Shown: positions 63,436-64,000 of the stretch, one piece after another
Numbering within the stretch: the first letter of the stretch is position 1
Layout: the number at the start of each line of letters is the position of its first letter
NCBI GenBank assembly: GCA_051294905.1
Contig: CM119372.1
Span: 18,786,001-18,850,000, forward strand
Source of the DNA: Botryllus schlosseri
Lineage: Eukaryota
Direction of reading: 5' to 3'
Length of the DNA: 64,000 nucleotides
Translations under genes and position numbers: made by a program
Notes under the pieces: generated by a model
Databases searched by the model: none
Told to the model about the DNA's origin: nothing
What the model saw: only the letters and a program-made list of their open reading frames with translations

Positions 63436-64000
63436 GTCTAGTGTTGACAATGTAAAAAAAGCATCTTGTTTGTTGTATCCGAATTGAATGCATATTTACA
63501 GATTACAGTGTATATTACTCCAAATGTGTATGGTAAATGCCGACAAAGTGGCATATGAACTCATGCAGCTGTAGGCTAAATTGCGACGACAATCTAGGGT
63601 TCAATTCAAGACTTCTTCATATGACCATGATGAAAACCAGCGTGTACACGCTGGTAAAACGGCTCAACCAAAACATCCACATATTGACTTTTCCTAAGCT
63701 AAGGTCGAAAGCAAGCTTCCAAACGCCACTTTGACTTGCACAGCAACTAGTACAGGGGCGGGCCAGATCCGGCCCGATGAGAGTTTTTACCCTGAAAGTG
63801 AAAATGTATTCTGGAAGTAATCGACAAGTTCGCCAACCTAAAAAAGATGGACATGAAACTACCTGCTTTGTTCTACATGCATCTTAGACCATGAACATCA
63901 ACGGAACAAGGCTGAATTCCAAACTAACTGATTTCCACGCGCAGTCTTTACTACTAAGAGTTACTGCATATGACTTACACAGCTGTTGTTAATAACACTC

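Overview
Eukaryotic (metazoan, probably compact-genome invertebrate) DNA with four co-oriented + strand genes: (1) the central and 3' part of a very intron-rich KMT2C/D (MLL3/4, Trr-type) H3K4 methyltransferase gene, about 64 exons traced by hand from 2860 to the stop at 41772 (HMG box, ePHD, FYRN/FYRC, WIN, SET, post-SET; the 5' PHD cluster lies upstream of the window); (2) an intronless DEAD-box helicase DDX27 (43765-46023); (3) a 4-coding-exon SFT2-family vesicle transport gene (51601-58370); (4) a 5-exon RPL23/uL14 gene (59341-62294). Introns and intergenic DNA hold a decayed DDE DNA transposon (1-2580), several non-autonomous hAT elements with perfect 8-bp TSDs (some nested), long foldback elements, a pogo-type MITE, tRNA-derived SINEs and LINE 3' ends. 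The most striking observation is at the 3' end of RPL23: its last intron carries a C/D snoRNA matching SNORD2/snR39B, and the unit [donor - snoRNA intron - last exon] recurs three more times downstream of the poly(A) signal. The exon copies have decayed, but splice signals and, in two of the three extra copies, the snoRNA are preserved, which looks like a nascent non-coding snoRNA-host extension built from ribosomal protein gene parts. No prokaryotic features or CRISPR arrays. All exon and boundary calls were made by eye.
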